Shown here piece after piece: positions 60,004-64,000 of a DNA stretch of 64,000 bases; within the stretch, counting starts at the first letter, position 1; each line of letters begins with the position of its first letter. The notes below the pieces were generated by a model. That model was not told the origin of the DNA, made no database searches, and saw nothing but the letters and a program-made list of their open reading frames with translations. The stretch covers positions 18,194 to 82,193 of the forward strand of contig CAJJAV010000026.1 in assembly GCA_905182125.1 (NCBI GenBank), given 5' to 3'. This DNA comes from an uncultured Candidatus Poseidoniales archaeon (GTDB lineage Archaea > Thermoplasmatota > Poseidoniia > Poseidoniales > Poseidoniaceae). The position numbers and the translations under genes are program-made.

Positions 60004-61473
60004 ATGGTGCTGTTTGATTTCGATGACGACCGCACATGGAAAGGGTTGCTCATTCTCGGGCTTGTTCTGAACCTGCTCGTTTGCTTCACAAGCGACCTGG
60101 GCTACGATACCCATGTCAAAATGGCCGTTGATGAATCAGGTGGTCTTCCATGGGGCGATGTGCGCCCTGAAGTGGCTGGTTTCAGCGATCCGAACGATGC
60201 TGGTGAGCGTTTTGTTCTGCCCGTGTATTCGGGCTCAGAAGCTTCGATTAAAGCCACAGCCCTCGTTGTCTTCTTTGGATTGATTGCGTATGTTCACCGC
60301 TCGGTTGGTGTTCGGTCTGCTGCGGTACTGTCGCTTTCACCCGCTCTTATTTTTTCAGTTGGACGTGGCTATGAGGAAGTGTACTTTGCTTTGCTGTTCG
60401 CCCTTGCGTTCGTCCTGTTCTGTGGTCTCTGGTCGCAACGAATGCGCGTGCTTCAGGGGTTGATTGGTGGATGGGTGCTGATGTGCATCCCCTATGCCAA
60501 AGGTATGGTGGACCCGTCAACTGTTGGTCTCATCGGTTGCCTCTTGGGCGGTCTTGCTGCTGCATGGTATTCAGCACAAAGCCACGACGATCCTCGCTTG
60601 GCTTGGACCCGAAAACCGCTGACTTCTGGTGTTGTGGCATTGAGTGTTACGGCGTTGTTCATGCTCTTGGTCGGTGGCTTCGAAGCTTCACCGACCCTTG
60701 GCATCATGGTTGACTACCCCCTCAGGTATGCATCAGCTGTGGGGTTTGCAGTGTTCGATGCCATTGTGGTCTTCATGCTGTTCGGAATGGTGTTGTGGCC
60801 TCTCGTTCGCCCAGCGCTTGGCGCTCTCAAGGAGATAAACGATCCAAAGATGGCCACGATGGTCGCCATGATTTCTGCTGCCATGGCCGCTTTGGTGTTC
60901 TACATTGCAGCACTTTGGACCTTTGAATCCGTGCTTTGGGGCTCTTCTTGGCCAGGAGTAATTTGGACGATGGGCAACAACGGTCGATATGTGACGTTGC
61001 TGTTCATTCCCTGCGTGATGCTGTTGAAGCATTTGAATCTCGAAGCAAACGTTCCTTCACTTGACGCACCGCAAGGTACGGCGAAGGCAATCGCAGTTAC
61101 CCTTCTGTTCCTTCTTCCAGTCACCTTGCTGGCAAGCATCCATGGTCAAACAACGTGGACTGATGATGCAGCAGAATCAATGCCTCTCGACGAGGGCGAT
61201 CATTTCCTCTTTGTTTCAGAAGCGACCCTTGGAATGCATTGGTTCTACACCTTCTACGAACCGCTGAATGCGGAAGAAAACAACCTCACTGGTCATTGGC
61301 GTTCGATGGACGTCAACTGGGTTGACGACTTGGAGCAGAACCTTTCGCATGTGAAGGTGGTCGTGCTTTCACCAGATGTTGATAACGTTCCCACAGGATG
61401 GGTTGTTGACTCAAGTGGAGAAGCAGATCTTCTCAACGGCGGAGGCGAGTGGCGCGTTTTAACGCGCACTTGA
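60004..61473 (+). CDS. Hypothetical polytopic membrane protein with C-terminal soluble domain
   Basis: About 11 TM; layout reminiscent of GT-C enzymes (unconfirmed). Confidence 0.62.
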   Translation: MVLFDFDDDRTWKGLLILGLVLNLLVCFTSDLGYDTHVKMAVDESGGLPWGDVRPEVAGFSDPNDAGERFVLPVYSGSEASIKATALVVFFGLIAYVHRSVGVRSAAVLSLSPALIFSVGRGYEEVYFALLFALAFVLFCGLWSQRMRVLQGLIGGWVLMCIPYAKGMVDPSTVGLIGCLLGGLAAAWYSAQSHDDPRLAWTRKPLTSGVVALSVTALFMLLVGGFEASPTLGIMVDYPLRYASAVGFAVFDAIVVFMLFGMVLWPLVRPALGALKEINDPKMATMVAMISAAMAALVFYIAALWTFESVLWGSSWPGVIWTMGNNGRYVTLLFIPCVMLLKHLNLEANVPSLDAPQGTAKAIAVTLLFLLPVTLLASIHGQTTWTDDAAESMPLDEGDHFLFVSEATLGMHWFYTFYEPLNAEENNLTGHWRSMDVNWVDDLEQNLSHVKVVVLSPDVDNVPTGWVVDSSGEADLLNGGGEWRVLTRT

Positions 61474-61475
61474 CC

Positions 61476-61655
61476 TCAATCGTTCTTGTCGGCCTGAACT
61501 TGTGCGCGCACATCTTGTGCAGCGGACTTTGCGGTTTGCATAGCCTTGCGAACACGGGTGCCAGCAGCGGCGTTACCCTTGTCGTGCTTCACAGCATCAG
61601 CAAGAGCAGCAGTCAAATCATCAATCATCGTTTGTACCATAGCCTGAACGGACAT
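61476..61655 (-). CDS. Histone H1-like Hc1-family small protein
   Basis: 59 aa with DAVKHDKGNAAAGTRVRKAM, matching the GNKAA..R.RK signature of Hc1 N-terminal domains. Confidence 0.75.
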   Translation of the reverse strand: MSVQAMVQTMIDDLTAALADAVKHDKGNAAAGTRVRKAMQTAKSAAQDVRAQVQADKND

Positions 61656-61850
61656 ATCTTCGGCCCTACCGTTTCGGTCTTTATCTCTTCTGCTGGTATT
61701 TCTTGAAAACGACATGTCAGAAACGATGTATAGAGAGCCAGAGGCTGTTTTTCAACCTCAAAAACCGACTTCATCGCAGATTTTGTGTCTCCTCCGGGGC
61801 GAGGGGTTGAAAACCCCGGGGTTGGAGGGGGTGGTAAGGAGGAGCATGAG

Positions 61851-64000
61851 ATGCGTTTTGGTGTTCGAGGTACGCTGCCTGACCCAGACCCTGTGGCAAC
61901 ACAGGAATGGATCGACTCAATTTTGGCTGTTCGCAATCAAATTGGCGAAGAAGAAGCTCGTCGTTTATTGCTCTCCACAGTGGATGCTGCTCGAGATGCT
62001 GGCGTCGAAATCGATGTCGTCAACACCCCTTACATGAACACCCTTCACCCCGATCAACAAGGAACCTATCCTGGCGATTTGGATTTGGAAAAGCGACTCC
62101 ACGGCGTCATTCGCTGGAACGCAATGATGATGGTGACACGTGGCAACAAATACTTCGAAGGCATTGGCGGCCACATCTCGACCTATGCCTCAGCCTCCCA
62201 CGCTTGGGAAATCGGGTTTAACCACTTCTTCCGCGGAAAAGATGGCGCAGGCCAAGGCGATCACCTGTATTGGCAAGGTCATGCTTCGCCCGGTATCTAT
62301 GCCCGGGCTTGGCTTGAAGGTCGGTTGACCCATGAACAAATGGAGGCGTTCCGACAAGAAACCGGTGGCAAAGGGCTGTCTTCCTACCCGCATCCACGGT
62401 TGATGCCTGAATTCTGGGAATTCCCAACCGTCAGCATGGGCCTTGGTGCCATGACTGCGATTCATCAGGCTCGATTCAACCGCTACCTCGAAGACCGTGG
62501 CTTGGTTTCAACCATCAACTCGCGCGTCTGGTACACGATGGGCGATGGAGAATCTGATGAACCTGAATCACTGTCTCAACTTTCCCTGGCAGGCCGAGAA
62601 GGCCTCGACAACATCGTGATGACGATGAATTGCAACCTGCAGCGACTCGACGGACCGGTCCGAGGCAATTCCAAGATCGTCCAGGAACTCGAAGGCCGCT
62701 TCCGCGGTGCTGGCTGGAACGTCATCAAGGTGCTCTGGGGCAGCAGTTGGGATCCATTGTTTGCCAGTGACACCAACGGTCTGCTCGCAGCACGCCTCGA
62801 TTCACTCGTCGACGGTGATGAGCAACGCATCATGACCGCCGACGGCGAGATCATCCGGAAGGACTTGTTCAACTCGGAAGGACTTGCAGCCTTGGTCGCT
62901 CACCTGAGCGATGAAGAGCTCGTCGATTTGTGCGCTGATGTTGGCGGTCACGACTTCATCAAACTCCACGCAGCCTACGCTCAAGCAACCGCCCACAAGG
63001 GCCAGCCAACCGTTGTGCTCATGCGCACCATCAAAGGATACGGCCTTGGTCCTGCCTTTGCAGGTCGAAACACCACCCATCAAAAGAAGAAAGCAGGAAT
63101 GGAAAGCATTCAGTACATGCGCGACGATATTGGCTTGTCGTTTTCAGATGAAGACCTTGAGAACTATCCTTACGTCATGCCTGAAGATGTTCCTGAACTG
63201 GTGGCTTACGCCAAGCAACGCCGAGGTGCTATGGACGGTTTCATGCCAAGCCGCTCCGTGCCCAAGTTCGATCTTAGCCTGCCAGGTGAAGCCACCTACG
63301 GCGAGTTCGATGAAGGCACAAAAGGAAAAATGCAAATCTCGACCACCATGGCTTTTGTGCGTATTTTACGCGCCTTGATGAAGGACAAAGAATTCGGTGA
63401 GCGCATCGTTCCAATCATTCCTGATGAGGCCCGCACCTTCGGTATGGATCCCTTGTTTGCAGAATTCGGCATTTACCACCCTGAAGGCCAGTTGTACAAA
63501 CCGGTCGACCACAAGGTGCTGATGAAGTACAAAGAATCAGCCAAAGGCCAACTCTTGGAAGAGGGCATCAATGAAGCAGGAGCAACCTCGACGTTCATCG
63601 CCTCTGCAACCTCATTTGCCACCCATCACTACCCAACCGTTCCATTCTACACCTTCTATTCGATGTTCGGATTCCAGCGCGTGGCTGACCTCATCTGGTC
63701 GGCAGCAGATCAGCGCGCCCGCGGGTTCCTGATGGGTGCAACCTCTGGACGTACCACCCTCAATGGAGAAGGTCTCCAACACCAAGACGGCCACTCCCTG
63801 TTGATGGCCCACACCAACCCTGCCGTGCGAGCATGGGATCCTGCGTTCGCTTACGAACTGGCCACCATTATTCGCCACGGCATCGATGAGATGTACGCCC
63901 AAGACATGGATGTCATCCACTACATCGCCGTCTACAACGAGAATTATCCAATGCCTCCGAAGCCAGAAGGCGTCGATGAAGGCATCATTCGAGGCCTCTA
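61851..64000 (+). CDS. aceE: Pyruvate dehydrogenase E1, homodimeric type (3'-partial)
   Basis: Translated by hand because it is absent from the ORF track: DPDP..TQEW, RWNAM.MV, GGHISTYAS, SSYPHP, MGDGESDEPE, NLQRLDGPV, PDEARTFG, GEGLQHQDG; SD GGAGGAG. Confidence 0.95.
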   Translation, partial: MRFGVRGTLPDPDPVATQEWIDSILAVRNQIGEEEARRLLLSTVDAARDAGVEIDVVNTPYMNTLHPDQQGTYPGDLDLEKRLHGVIRWNAMMMVTRGNKYFEGIGGHISTYASASHAWEIGFNHFFRGKDGAGQGDHLYWQGHASPGIYARAWLEGRLTHEQMEAFRQETGGKGLSSYPHPRLMPEFWEFPTVSMGLGAMTAIHQARFNRYLEDRGLVSTINSRVWYTMGDGESDEPESLSQLSLAGREGLDNIVMTMNCNLQRLDGPVRGNSKIVQELEGRFRGAGWNVIKVLWGSSWDPLFASDTNGLLAARLDSLVDGDEQRIMTADGEIIRKDLFNSEGLAALVAHLSDEELVDLCADVGGHDFIKLHAAYAQATAHKGQPTVVLMRTIKGYGLGPAFAGRNTTHQKKKAGMESIQYMRDDIGLSFSDEDLENYPYVMPEDVPELVAYAKQRRGAMDGFMPSRSVPKFDLSLPGEATYGEFDEGTKGKMQISTTMAFVRILRALMKDKEFGERIVPIIPDEARTFGMDPLFAEFGIYHPEGQLYKPVDHKVLMKYKESAKGQLLEEGINEAGATSTFIASATSFATHHYPTVPFYTFYSMFGFQRVADLIWSAADQRARGFLMGATSGRTTLNGEGLQHQDGHSLLMAHTNPAVRAWDPAFAYELATIIRHGIDEMYAQDMDVIHYIAVYNENYPMPPKPEGVDEGIIRGL

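Noticed and set aside
61714..62221. Short plus-strand ORFs in the track
   Set aside because: They are alternative frames overlapping the real aceE frame.

Overview
Gene-dense archaeal chromosomal segment with no rRNA, CRISPR array or evident mobile element. TFB, Top6A/B, FEN-1, XerA, phosphopantothenate synthetase, Sec61beta and CCA-less tRNAs, together with large secreted CARDB/S8 proteins, bacterial-type AceE and RNase HI, suggest Marine Group II Euryarchaeota (Ca. Poseidoniales); this is an inference. I call about 62 CDS, including one frameshifted gene and a 3'-partial aceE missing from the ORF track, plus two tRNAs (Ser-TGA, Arg-TCG). The most unusual feature is an A1-type heme-copper oxidase operon with extra modules. 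CoxI carries an exported Reeler/choice-of-anchor-V-like domain with a CxCH motif, CoxII has an insertion of about 95 aa, CoxIII has a His-rich N-terminal module, and the Sco protein is split by an insertion of about 280 aa. Other highlights are three unconventional chromatin-type proteins (HhH plus 11-mer Lys/Ala repeats, Hc1-like, membrane-anchored SAP), a Phr/HSR1-like repressor with a matching operator before its own start, and phased A-tracts upstream of the oxidase operon. All family calls come from motif recognition, not database searches. Many start codons were re-chosen by eye.
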